NCBI GenBank assembly: GCA_021814565.1
Contig: JAKAIC010000014.1
Coordinates: forward strand, 7,286-31,285
Direction: 5' to 3'
From: Actinomycetes bacterium
Lineage (GTDB): Bacteria; Actinomycetota; Actinomycetes; S36-B12; UBA5976
Length of the DNA stretch: 24,000 nucleotides
Shown: positions 1-8,025 of the stretch, piece by piece
How the letters are laid out: each line of letters opens with the position of its first letter
How positions within the stretch are numbered: position 1 is the first letter of the stretch
The notes under the pieces: model-generated
Databases searched by the model: none
Seen by the model: only the letters and a program-made list of their open reading frames with translations
Told to the model about the DNA's origin: nothing
Made by a program: the position numbers and the translations under genes

Positions 1-1257
1 CACCGGTACCAGGAAGATCATCACCCGGAAGGCGATGGTGATCTGGTTGATCGAGAGGTGGAAGGCGGCGGCGATGAGGTCGTTGCCGGACTCGATGAAG
101 AGCACCAGATAGAACGACAGGAAGGCTGCGCCGAGCGCGGTTCGGGTGGGAACGTTGCGTGGACGATCCAGCAGATGGTGCTCACCCGTGCGCCGCGTGG
201 CCCAGGCCTCCAGCCAGGGATAGGCACCCACGACTGCAAGCATGACGACGGGAAGGATCATGCCCGGGATCATGATGTTGAGACTCAGGGTGTGATCCCA
301 GAGGTGCAATTCCCAGTTGGGCATCATGCGAACCGCGCCGTCGAGGAAGCCCATGTACCAGTCGGGTTGTGATCCCGCGGACACCTGATCGGGCACGTAG
401 GGGCCGAAGAGCCACACCGGGTTGATGGTCACCAGACCGCCGAGCAGAATGATCACGCCGAAGACCGCGAAGAAGAAGCCACCGGCTTTGGCGATGTAGA
501 CCGGGAGCAAGGGAAAACCCACGACGTTCCTGTTGGTGCGTCCAGGACCGGGGTACTGCGTGTGCTTCTGGTACGCGACCATGCCCACGTGTGCCCCGAT
601 CAGGCCCAGGAAGATGAGGGGTATGAGCAGCACATGCACCATGTAGAGGCGAGGTATGAAATCAAGGCCCGGGAACTCCCCGCCGAACACGAAGAATGCC
701 ATCCAACTGCCGAAGACGGGGGAGGCCTGCATGAGCGCCTGGGAGATGCGCAGGCCGGTGCCGGACAGCAGGTCGTCGGGCAGCGAGTAGCCGGCGAAGC
801 CCTCGATCACGGCCAGCACCAGCAGCACCAGGCCGATGATCCATTGCAGTTCGCGGGGCTTGCGGAAGGCGCCTGTGAAGAACACCCGGAGCATGTGCAC
901 GGAGATCGAAGCCACGAAGAAGAGCGCAGCCCAATGATGAATCTGCCGCATCAGCAGGCCACCACGGACATCGAAGGAGATGTTGAGCGTCGATGCGTAG
1001 GCCTCCGACATCTTCACGCCATGGAGGGGCATGTAGGAACCGTTGTACACGACTTCGGTCATGGAGGGCTTGAACCAGAGCGTCAGGTACACACCCGAGA
1101 GCAGCAACACGATGAAGGAATAGAGCGCGATCTCGCCCAGCATGAAGGACCAGTGATCGGGGAAGACCTTGTTGAAGGTCTTCTTCATGAACTTGGCGCC
1201 GCCGAAGCGCTGGTCCAGCGCCACGGCGGTGCGACCGAGGGGCGTGGTGGGGGTCAT
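1..1257 (-). CDS. qcrB: Cytochrome bc1 complex cytochrome b subunit QcrB (N-terminal 419 codons; C-terminal part lies beyond position 1)
   Basis: Absent from the ORF track because it is open to the window edge. My translation from ATG at 1257 gives MTPTTPLGRTAVALDQRFGGAKFMKKTFNKVFPDHWSFMLGEIALYSF...RQIHHWAALFFVASISVHMLRVFFTGAFRKPRELQW, a typical actinobacterial cytochrome b N-terminus. The frame stays open to position 1. The start overlaps the qcrA stop (ATGA, 1254-1257). It follows qcrC-qcrA as in the conserved qcrCAB operon. Confidence 0.93.
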   Translation of the reverse strand, partial: MTPTTPLGRTAVALDQRFGGAKFMKKTFNKVFPDHWSFMLGEIALYSFIVLLLSGVYLTLWFKPSMTEVVYNGSYMPLHGVKMSEAYASTLNISFDVRGGLLMRQIHHWAALFFVASISVHMLRVFFTGAFRKPRELQWIIGLVLLVLAVIEGFAGYSLPDDLLSGTGLRISQALMQASPVFGSWMAFFVFGGEFPGLDFIPRLYMVHVLLIPLIFLGLIGAHVGMVAYQKHTQYPGPGRTNRNVVGFPLLPVYIAKAGGFFFAVFGVIILLGGLVTINPVWLFGPYVPDQVSAGSQPDWYMGFLDGAVRMMPNWELHLWDHTLSLNIMIPGMILPVVMLAVVGAYPWLEAWATRRTGEHHLLDRPRNVPTRTALGAAFLSFYLVLFIESGNDLIAAAFHLSINQITIAFRVMIFLVPV

Positions 1258-2270
1258 GTGCGCTCCCAGAAGCTCGGACCGACAGGTACTTGGAAATCGC
1301 TGCGGGCGATGAGGTAGCCCTCGGCGTCCGTGGTGATCGGAAGCTGGGGCATATTGCGCGCCGCCGGACCGAACACCACCTTGCCGGCGTCAGCCAGATC
1401 GAAGGTGGATTGATGACAGGGGCACAGCAGATGGTGGGTGCGCTGTTCGTAGAGCGAGATGGGGCAACCCACATGGGTGCAGACCTTGGAATAGGCGAGC
1501 ACTCCCTTGTAGTCCCAAGGCGCGGACGCGCTGCCACCCTGCTGGGCGACGATGTTCCGTTCATCAATGCGCACGACCACGATCACGGCCTTGGCGCGGG
1601 CATTGAGGCTGCCTTCGCGCTCCTCAATAGCGCGCAAGGTCTCCGGCACGGCGTTGATGAGACCACCGATCGGCACCTCATCGCCCTTGATCGGCAGGTA
1701 CGTGACGTCGGTCACCAGCCGGGTGCCGGCTGTCCAGATGGTGTGCGTGAGCGCGCCGTTGGAGGGTGAAGGACCGAGATCGCGCAACAGCACCACCAGC
1801 GGGATGGGAAACAGTGCCATGGCTCCCAGCAGCGATCGCCTCATGATGCCGCTGCTCACGAACCTGGACTCAGCCACACCTGCTGCAAAGGTTTCCGCCA
1901 GTTGGTCGCGGTCCTGCGGCTCGCTGGGGAAATCGTGACGATCCTCGACAACCTCGATATCGGACATCAACTGTTTGGCCCAGTGGATGGCACCCAGCCC
2001 GATGCACAGTACGCCCAAGCCGAAGCTGAGGCCCATGAAGAAATTGATGGCATTGACGTCACCGACCACGGGCAGGCCGATGCTGGTGTTCCAGTCAACG
2101 AAGCCGTAGACCAGCACCGAGATCACGATCAGCAGCGCGGACGTCGCGAAGAGCCCGGCGACCTGGCGCTCCGCACGGCGCGCAGCAGCGGCATCGAGGT
2201 CGGTGGCGCGCCACTGATGTGCGACTGGGGCAGCCTGTGGCCGAGACGGGTGCTGCGGAGATGGCGTCAC
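1254..2270 (-). CDS. qcrA: Cytochrome bc1 complex Rieske iron-sulfur subunit QcrA
   Basis: Track ORF 1254..2642 trimmed to the in-frame GTG at 2270, which overlaps the qcrC stop (GTGA, 2267-2270). Rieske 2Fe-2S boxes CTHVGCP and CPCHQS lie near the C-terminus. N-terminal hydrophobic helices are present (LFATSALLIVISVLVYGF, FFMGLSFGLGVLCIGLGAI, LLGAMALFPIPLVVLL). The 124 upstream codons of the track ORF are Arg/Pro/His-rich and overlap qcrC, so they are excluded. Confidence 0.93.
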   Translation of the reverse strand: MTPSPQHPSRPQAAPVAHQWRATDLDAAAARRAERQVAGLFATSALLIVISVLVYGFVDWNTSIGLPVVGDVNAINFFMGLSFGLGVLCIGLGAIHWAKQLMSDIEVVEDRHDFPSEPQDRDQLAETFAAGVAESRFVSSGIMRRSLLGAMALFPIPLVVLLRDLGPSPSNGALTHTIWTAGTRLVTDVTYLPIKGDEVPIGGLINAVPETLRAIEEREGSLNARAKAVIVVVRIDERNIVAQQGGSASAPWDYKGVLAYSKVCTHVGCPISLYEQRTHHLLCPCHQSTFDLADAGKVVFGPAARNMPQLPITTDAEGYLIARSDFQVPVGPSFWERT

Positions 2271-3058
2271 TTGGCCTTCACCCCGATCCAGACGGCGATG
2301 ACGACGAGCAGGCCGAAGCCGGCCACCCAACCGAAGAGGCCCTCGGACACGGGTCCGAGTCGACCCAGGTTCAGGCCCCCTGGGTTGTCCGGCTGCTTGA
2401 GGAATTCGATGTAGCGGATGACCGCCTGCTTCTGTGCCGGCGGCAGTGTCGCGTCGGAGAACTGCGGCATGTTGTTGGGGCCGATGAGCATGGCTTCGTA
2501 GATCTGCGTGGGGGTGGCCTGCATCAGGTTGGGGGCCTGCTTGCCCAGCGTGAGTGCGCCGCCCTGACCGGCGAAACTGTGGCACTGCGCGCAGTTGGTG
2601 CGAAAGAGCTCGCCGCCCATGGCCAGATCGGCTCTTTTCCAATCCACCTGCGCAACCGTCGGGATGGCGGGCTCCGAACCCTGGCCCAACGAGGCCACGT
2701 AGGCCGCCATGGCTGCGGTCTGATCCTCGGTGTACAGCGAATGCGGGCGGCGCAGGGCCTGATCGGTGATGGTGGCGAGGGGCATGCGGCCGGTGCTCAC
2801 CTCGAAATCAACGCCGGCAGCACCTTTGGCCACCACGCTGGGAACCCCGTTGAGTCCCTGACCGGTGAGTCCGTGGCAGGAGGCGCAGCCCTCCTGGTAC
2901 AGCATCTTGCCCCATACCAAGGGGTCCGAAGGCTGGTTGGCGGTGCGCACCGCCGAGGCCGAGGTGGGTGCCGCTGCATAGGCGGAGACTGCCGGCGCGG
3001 CCGAGAGCACCAGCAAGGCAAGCGTGGCGGCCGGGCGTCGCAAACGGGCTGCGGTCAT
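2267..3058 (-). CDS. qcrC: Cytochrome bc1 complex diheme cytochrome c subunit QcrC
   Basis: 263 aa. Signal-like N-terminus MTAARLRRPAATLALLVLSAAPAVSAYA. Two heme c binding motifs, CASCH and CAQCH. C-terminal membrane anchor GWVAGFGLLVVIAVWIGV. AGGAG lies 8 nt upstream of the ATG, overlapping the ctaE stop. Confidence 0.95.
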   Translation of the reverse strand: MTAARLRRPAATLALLVLSAAPAVSAYAAAPTSASAVRTANQPSDPLVWGKMLYQEGCASCHGLTGQGLNGVPSVVAKGAAGVDFEVSTGRMPLATITDQALRRPHSLYTEDQTAAMAAYVASLGQGSEPAIPTVAQVDWKRADLAMGGELFRTNCAQCHSFAGQGGALTLGKQAPNLMQATPTQIYEAMLIGPNNMPQFSDATLPPAQKQAVIRYIEFLKQPDNPGGLNLGRLGPVSEGLFGWVAGFGLLVVIAVWIGVKAK

Positions 3059-3070
3059 GGGTCGCGCTCC

Positions 3071-3667
3071 TTACTTGATGAGGTAGATCATCGCGAAGAG
3101 GCCGATCCAGACCACGTCGACGAAATGCCAGTAGTAGCTCACCACGATGGCGCGCGTGGCCTGACCGTGCGTGAAGGTCTTGCCCACGTAACTGCTGGCC
3201 AGCACGAATAGGAAGGCCAGCAGGCCGCCGGTGACGTGCAGGCCGTGGAAGCCGGTCGTGAGATAGAAGACGGATCCGTAGGCCGAGGACGAGAGTGTGA
3301 GACCCTCCCGCACCAGATTCGCGTATTCCCACACCTGACCGCCGATGAAGATCGCACCCATGGCGAAAGTGAGAGTGAACCAACGTCGCAGGGCGCGGGC
3401 GTCACCCCGCTCGGCGGCGAAGACGCCCATCTGGCAGGTGATACTTGAGGAGACCAGGATCAGGGTGTTGACGCCGGAGAAGGGCACGTTCAGCCGGGGA
3501 GTTGTCGATGCCCAGATGTCGGGGTTGATCGCTCGCAGGGTGAAGTACATGGCAAACAGTGCGGCGAAGAACATGAGCTCGCTGGACAGCCACACGATGG
3601 TTCCCACCGACACCAGATTGGGCCGGTTCAGGTGCGCGTGTTGCGAGGGCGCGACGGAGGTAGACAC
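3071..3667 (-). CDS. ctaE: Cytochrome c oxidase (aa3-type) subunit III CtaE
   Basis: 198 aa with a GTG start at 3667. [27 protein letters not shown] and [15 protein letters not shown] are hallmark subunit III segments. It sits directly upstream of qcrCAB, the conserved actinobacterial arrangement. Confidence 0.94.
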   Translation of the reverse strand: MSTSVAPSQHAHLNRPNLVSVGTIVWLSSELMFFAALFAMYFTLRAINPDIWASTTPRLNVPFSGVNTLILVSSSITCQMGVFAAERGDARALRRWFTLTFAMGAIFIGGQVWEYANLVREGLTLSSSAYGSVFYLTTGFHGLHVTGGLLAFLFVLASSYVGKTFTHGQATRAIVVSYYWHFVDVVWIGLFAMIYLIK

Positions 3668-3744
3668 GTGGGTATTGTGCCAAGAAGTGGCTCGGAATCC
3701 ACGGGAAATCGGAGTTTTGGCTGAATTTCTTGTCGATTGGTGCG

Positions 3745-3763
3745 ATGGGCGGCAAATGGGCGG
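3745..3763. repeat. Tandem direct repeat ATGGGCGG-CAA-ATGGGCGG in the ctaE/ctaG-like divergent promoter
   Basis: Exact 8-mers at 3745-3752 and 3756-3763, an 11-bp register of about one helical turn. They lie inside the 138-nt divergent intergenic region. Confidence 0.35.
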
Positions 3764-3805
3764 TGGCTATTCCCGAGAGTGGCCCGAGGCTGCTTCGATA
3801 GGGCC

Positions 3806-4729
3806 ATGCTCCCTGTTCATGGCGGCACCCCGGATGCGCCGACCACCCCCTTCACCCAAGCCCTGCTGAGCTCCTGGACGCAGGTGGAGTGGCTGCCCGC
3901 GCTGGCCATGCTGGCCACCGCCGTCTGGTATCTGCTGGCAGTTCGGGTGTTGCACCGGCGTGGCGACAGGTGGCCGGTCGGTCGCACGGTGTCGTTCATC
4001 GTGGGCGGGCTCGGCACGTTGACGCTGGCCACCGAGGGACCCCTGGCGGCCTACGACACCACGCTCATCAGCGTTCACATGGTGCAGCACATGCTGATCT
4101 CCATGGTCGCCCCCATCTTCTTCGCGCTCGGTGCACCCGTCACGTTGGCACTGCGAACCTTCGCCAGGCCTTTGCATCGTGCACTCATGTGGCTGCTGCA
4201 TTCCACCTTCATGCGAGTGCTGGCTTTCCCCATCGTGTCCGGTGCCATCGCCGTGGCCAACCCCTGGGCTTTGTACTTCAGTGGCTTCTACGAACTCACG
4301 TTGCGCAACGTCTGGTGGCATGACTTCAACCACCTGCATTTCCTGGTGGTCGGTTGCCTGTGGACTTTCGCGCTCATCGGCATCGATCCCATGCCCCGAG
4401 TGGGCCACGCCATGCGCATGCTGGCGGTGTTCCTCACCATGCCCTTCCACGCCTTCCTCGGCCTCACCATCATGGGCCAGCATCAGCTCATCGCCGCGGA
4501 TTGGTACCTCGACCAGCGTCGGACATGGGGCGCGACGCCTGCTGCCGACCAGCAACTGGCAGGCGGCATCCTGTGGGCCGCGGGCGAACTGGTGTCCATC
4601 CTCATCTTCATCGCGCTCATGGTGCAGTGGTCCCGCGCGTCGGAACGCGAAGCCCGGCGCGTTGACCGCCAGCTGGACCGCGAGGACGCGATCCGCGCGG
4701 CTGCGGCTGCGCCCCATGCGGGGGAATAG
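3806..4729 (+). CDS. Cytochrome c oxidase assembly factor, CtaG (Caa3_CtaG) family membrane protein
   Basis: Track ORF 3737..4729 trimmed to the first ATG (3806). It is a polytopic membrane protein with segments such as VHMVQHMLISMVAPIFFALGAP and WWHDFNHLHFLVVGCLW, which I recognise as Caa3-type CtaG-like. It is divergent from ctaE. The start is uncertain; TTG 3737 and GTG 3740 are in-frame alternatives, but they encode an Arg/Trp-rich, non-protein-like stretch. Confidence 0.72.
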   Translation: MLPVHGGTPDAPTTPFTQALLSSWTQVEWLPALAMLATAVWYLLAVRVLHRRGDRWPVGRTVSFIVGGLGTLTLATEGPLAAYDTTLISVHMVQHMLISMVAPIFFALGAPVTLALRTFARPLHRALMWLLHSTFMRVLAFPIVSGAIAVANPWALYFSGFYELTLRNVWWHDFNHLHFLVVGCLWTFALIGIDPMPRVGHAMRMLAVFLTMPFHAFLGLTIMGQHQLIAADWYLDQRRTWGATPAADQQLAGGILWAAGELVSILIFIALMVQWSRASEREARRVDRQLDREDAIRAAAAAPHAGE

Positions 4730-4732
4730 ACT
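4727..4732 (+). promoter_or_regulatory. -10 hexamer TAGACT (includes the ctaG-like stop codon) positioned for a leaderless REC-trpD mRNA
   Basis: TAGACT is followed by a 6-nt spacer (CCTTGC) and ATG 4739. No Shine-Dalgarno sequence is present. The heptamer ATAGACT is the same as upstream of aroG. Confidence 0.4.
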
Positions 4733-4738
4733 CCTTGC

Positions 4739-5137
4739 ATGTCTCTCAAGGTCATGGTTTTCAGCGACGACGCATCGATTCGTTCCCAGGTCCGCGCTGC
4801 ACTCGGTACGAGCGTGGCGCGCGAACTGCCCGGTCTTGAGTTCCTCGAGGTCGCAACCAAGCCGGTCGTCATGCGCACGCTTGATGCAGGCGGCGTGGAC
4901 CTGGTGATTCTCGACGGTGAGGCCCATCCTGCCGGCGGCCTCGGCATCTGCCGTCAGATCAAGGATGAGATCTTCAAAGCACCGCCGGTGATTGTGCTCA
5001 TCGGTCGACCCGCTGATGGCTGGCTGGCCACCTGGTCGCATGCTGACGGTGTCGTGCCGCAGCCCATCGACCCTGTTGTCCTGGCGGAAACCGCCGCAGC
5101 TCTGCTGCGCCAGCGGGTTTCCGTCACCTCTGCCTGA
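4739..5137 (+). CDS. Stand-alone response-regulator receiver-like (REC) domain protein, atypical
   Basis: 132 aa with an alternating beta-alpha pattern. The acidic pair is in MVFSDDASIR (D10, D11) and the putative acceptor Asp is in VDLVILDGE (D59). The conserved Thr/Ser after beta4 is I/G (VIVLIGR) and the conserved Lys-Pro is Gln-Pro (VVPQPI). There is no output domain. The stop lies 1 nt before the trpD ATG. Confidence 0.68.
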   Translation: MSLKVMVFSDDASIRSQVRAALGTSVARELPGLEFLEVATKPVVMRTLDAGGVDLVILDGEAHPAGGLGICRQIKDEIFKAPPVIVLIGRPADGWLATWSHADGVVPQPIDPVVLAETAAALLRQRVSVTSA

Positions 5138-5138
5138 G

Positions 5139-6182
5139 ATGGGAAGCTGGACGCAACTGCTCGGGCCGCTCATGCGGCACGAACCCGTCCCTGTGGAACT
5201 CGTGCAATGGGGTATGCGTGAGGTGATGTCGGCTGCTGCTACTCCGTCGCAGATCGCCGCTTTCGCTGTCGCCATGCGTATGCACGGGGAGACCGCGGAG
5301 GAGATCGCCGCACTGGTGGAGGTGATGCTGGAGTTCAGCGAGCGCCTGCACTACGACGGTGTCGCCCTCGACACCTGCGGCACCGGGGGAGACGGCGCGC
5401 ACACGGTGAACATCTCCACCATGGCGGCCCTGCTGCTATCCGCGGCCGGGGTGGCCATCGTCAAGCACGGTGGGCGGGCGGCGTCGAGCAAATGCGGCTC
5501 CGCGGACGTGCTCGAGGAGTTGGGGCTGCGCATCAACATCACCCCGGAGCAAGCACAGCAGTCGCTGGACCAGCTGGGCGCGGTGTTCTGCTTCGCGCCC
5601 ACCTTCCATCCCGCCCTGCGCTTCGCCGGCCCGACCCGCCGTGAGATAGGCGTCCCCACGATCTTCAACATTCTCGGTCCACTCGCCAACCCGGCGCAGC
5701 CCCGAGCCCAGATCGTGGGCGTACCCGACGCACAGCGGGCCGCACTGGTGGCTGAGGCCCTGCGCCTCCGTGGCACCTCGGCGCTCGTGGTGCGAGGCGA
5801 TGACGGCCTGGATGAGCTTTCCATCTTCGTTCCCAGCACTGTCTGGAGTACTTGGATGGAGGCGCCGGTGCGCCTGGACCCGCAACAACTCGGCATCCCG
5901 AAGTACGCCGCTGATTCCCTGCTCGGTGGCGATGCGGCGTTCAATGCCGATGTGGCCCGTCGCGTGCTGGCTGGTGAGACTACGGGCACACTGGCTGCGG
6001 TTGCTGATGCGGTGCTGCTCAATGCGGCCGCTGCCATGGTGGCCGTCCGCGCCGCCGAGGGCCAAGCAGCCTCCGATCTGCCGGCCGCTGTGGCCGTGCA
6101 CCTTGCCACGCTGCGACCGCTGTTGGCCAGCGGTGCAGGTGGTCGCAAGCTGGACCAATGGATCGCCTTCACGCCGCGTTGA
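5139..6182 (+). CDS. trpD: Anthranilate phosphoribosyltransferase TrpD
   Basis: Track ORF 4992..6182 trimmed to ATG 5139 (MGSWTQLLGPL...), immediately after the REC stop at 5135-5137. Motifs DTCGTGGDGAHTVNIST, KHGGRAASSKCGSADVLE and NILGPLANP are typical TrpD signatures. Adjacency to ctaE/qcr matches mycobacterial synteny. Confidence 0.95.
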   Translation: MGSWTQLLGPLMRHEPVPVELVQWGMREVMSAAATPSQIAAFAVAMRMHGETAEEIAALVEVMLEFSERLHYDGVALDTCGTGGDGAHTVNISTMAALLLSAAGVAIVKHGGRAASSKCGSADVLEELGLRINITPEQAQQSLDQLGAVFCFAPTFHPALRFAGPTRREIGVPTIFNILGPLANPAQPRAQIVGVPDAQRAALVAEALRLRGTSALVVRGDDGLDELSIFVPSTVWSTWMEAPVRLDPQQLGIPKYAADSLLGGDAAFNADVARRVLAGETTGTLAAVADAVLLNAAAAMVAVRAAEGQAASDLPAAVAVHLATLRPLLASGAGGRKLDQWIAFTPR

Positions 6183-6197
6183 CGAGACCGGCGCTGT

Positions 6198-7949
6198 TCA
6201 GGGCCGCGGCGAGTCGAATCGGCGGTTGAAGAACTCCTGACGCTGCTCCTGCTCGCGCAGGAATTGTGCGCGTTCGCGGGCCTCGAGCACCTTGGCGAAC
6301 CGCAGATGCAGTGGCTCCATCGACGGCAGTGATGAGTGCAGGTCTCCGTCAATGAGCCGGACGCCGTCCTTCACCAGCCATGACCACAGAAGGTTGGACT
6401 CCCGCACCTCCGCGGCAGTGAGTGCCTTGCGCTCCGGAACCTCCTCGGCGACGGCCACCAGTGCTGCCACTGCATCATGGCGGTTCGAGCCCTCACGTAT
6501 CAGCCCTGCTGCCGCCAGCCGTCCACGCCGGATCACATGCACCTCCCAGCCGCCGGGTTCGCGCCGGCCCGCCACAAGTTGTTCCGTGCCGAGCAGCAGT
6601 TCGAAACGCTGACGGCGGGTGTTGCCCTGGATGAAGGCCAGCAATCGATCGCGTACGACGGCCGCCTCCTCGTACCGTTCCTGCTGTGCCAGCTGCGTCT
6701 GTCGCGCTTCCAGAACCCGGGCCAGCTCCAGGCCGTCGCCGTTGCAGAGATCGATGACCGCGGCGACGGTGGTGGCGTAACCATCGCGATCAACGCGGTG
6801 ATCACAGGGCGCGACGCAACGACCCATGTCCGCCAGTGCGCAGGCGGATCGCGGTCGGCGGAGGGTGATGGTCTCCTGGCAGGTGCGGATGGGCACGAAG
6901 GACGCGATGCATTCCCGCGCCGCCTCCGCATCAGCCCTCGAGGCGAATGGCCCCAGGTGCAGCCAGCCCTTCTCGATGTTGCGTTCGCGGACCACGGAGA
7001 GCCGCGGGAAGGTTTCCTTGGTGAGACGCAGCCAGACATTGCGTTCGGGGCGAACGCCGGTGCGATTGAAGGGGGGCTTGTGGGCTACAAGCAGTCGGTG
7101 CTCACGCACCAGGGCTTCGAAGTCGGTCTCGCAAGGGATGGCGCGGACCCTGGCCGTGAGCTCGAGCATGCGTTCCATGCGATCTCGGGTCTCCGCCGCA
7201 CCGAAGTAGTTGCGCACCCGCGCTGCAATATCCCGTGATTTGCCGATGTAGAGCGGCTTGCCTTGCGCGTCCTCGAAGATGTACACGCCCGTGGAATGTG
7301 GCAGGTGATCGGCGAGGGAACGCTTGGCTCCGCGCCGCGCTGCGATGCGAGGACCGAGTTGCAGGAGGTCCTCGAGTCTTGTGACGCCGGCACCGGCCAG
7401 CCGTTCGAGCAGGCAGTGGAAGACATGGACAGTGGCGCGGGCATCGTCTAGTGCCCGGTGGCTGGGGGATACGGGTGCGGAGAAGTGATGGGCCAGAGTG
7501 GCGAGCTTGCGATTGGGGACTTCGCCCGAGGGCAGCGCGGCACGCGCCATGCGCACGGTGTCGATGACCCGCGGCTCCGGCCACGGCTGTTGCAGCACCG
7601 CGGCCGCGCCCTTGAGGAACCCCACGTCGTAGGCAGCGTTGTGCGCCACCAGCGTGGCGCCGGCGATGAACTCGAGAAAGGAAGGGAACACGCCGGACAG
7701 CGCTGGTGCCTCCGCCACCGTGGAATCGCTGATGCCGGTGAGAGCGGTGATGAAAGGAGGGATGGCGGTGCCGGGGTTCACCAGCGTCTGGAATTCACCG
7801 ATGACCTCGCCGGCACGGATCTTCACGGCACCGATCTCCGTGATGCCGGCATCCACCGGTGCACCACCCGTGGTCTCCAGGTCGACAACCACGAATGTGG
7901 CGCCGGACAGGGATTGTCCGAGGTCGTCGATGGCGAGCTGCGTGGTCAT
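6198..7949 (-). CDS. DEDDh (DnaQ/epsilon-like) 3'-5' exonuclease fused to a UvrC N-terminal-half/Cho-like GIY-YIG nuclease
   Basis: 583 aa from ATG 7949. Exo motifs: VVVDLETTG (ExoI), HNAAYDVGFL (ExoII), HRALDDA (ExoIII, DEDDh). GIY-YIG: GVYIF...PLYIGKSRDIAARVRNYF...ETDFEALVREHRLLVAHKPPFN. There is a 4-Cys spacing C357-x12-C370-x7-C378-x3-C382, and a UVR-like helix QLAQQERYEEAAVVRDRLLAF. No C-terminal EndoV/HhH region is present. This is the same architecture and position (next to trpD and ripC) as M. tuberculosis Rv2191. I prefer ATG 7949 to ATG 8000/7997 because a -10 hexamer lies 6 nt upstream of it. Confidence 0.9.
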   Translation of the reverse strand: MTTQLAIDDLGQSLSGATFVVVDLETTGGAPVDAGITEIGAVKIRAGEVIGEFQTLVNPGTAIPPFITALTGISDSTVAEAPALSGVFPSFLEFIAGATLVAHNAAYDVGFLKGAAAVLQQPWPEPRVIDTVRMARAALPSGEVPNRKLATLAHHFSAPVSPSHRALDDARATVHVFHCLLERLAGAGVTRLEDLLQLGPRIAARRGAKRSLADHLPHSTGVYIFEDAQGKPLYIGKSRDIAARVRNYFGAAETRDRMERMLELTARVRAIPCETDFEALVREHRLLVAHKPPFNRTGVRPERNVWLRLTKETFPRLSVVRERNIEKGWLHLGPFASRADAEAARECIASFVPIRTCQETITLRRPRSACALADMGRCVAPCDHRVDRDGYATTVAAVIDLCNGDGLELARVLEARQTQLAQQERYEEAAVVRDRLLAFIQGNTRRQRFELLLGTEQLVAGRREPGGWEVHVIRRGRLAAAGLIREGSNRHDAVAALVAVAEEVPERKALTAAEVRESNLLWSWLVKDGVRLIDGDLHSSLPSMEPLHLRFAKVLEARERAQFLREQEQRQEFFNRRFDSPRP

Positions 7950-7955
7950 GGACCA

Positions 7956-7978
7956 ACCGTATGCGGAGCCCCCGACAA
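7956..7978 (-). promoter_or_regulatory. RecA-NDp / PafBC-type DNA-damage promoter motif driving a leaderless exonuclease/GIY-YIG transcript
   Basis: The minus strand reads TTGTCGGGG-GCTCCGCA-TACGGT, then TGGTCC, then ATG (7949). It matches the mycobacterial RecA-NDp consensus tTGTCRgtg-N8-TAnnnT in the TTGTCR core, the 8-nt spacer and the TAnnnT -10. The -10 ends 6 nt before the start codon. Confidence 0.5.
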
Positions 7979-8002
7979 GGGCGTCGCGCCTTGTCATCAT
8001 GA

Positions 8003-8025
8003 CTGTCAGACCCGCTTCCTACCAT
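8003..8025 (+). promoter_or_regulatory. Second, weaker RecA-NDp-like promoter motif upstream of the small 4-Cys ORF
   Basis: The plus strand reads CTGTCAGAC-CCGCTTCC-TACCAT, giving a TGTCA core, an exact 8-nt spacer and a TAnnnT -10. It is followed by 7 nt, AGGAGG (8033-8038), 4 nt and ATG 8043. It deviates from consensus at the first T and in the gtg triplet. Confidence 0.35.

Noticed and set aside
3767-5275. A 502-aa minus-strand ORF, the longest in this part of the track. It spans the CtaG-like, REC and trpD genes on the opposite strand.
   Set aside because: It is antisense to three genes with clear family signatures. The translation is Arg/Gly/His/Asp/Pro-rich and low in complexity, with no recognisable motif. 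Long stop-free antisense frames are expected in high-GC DNA.
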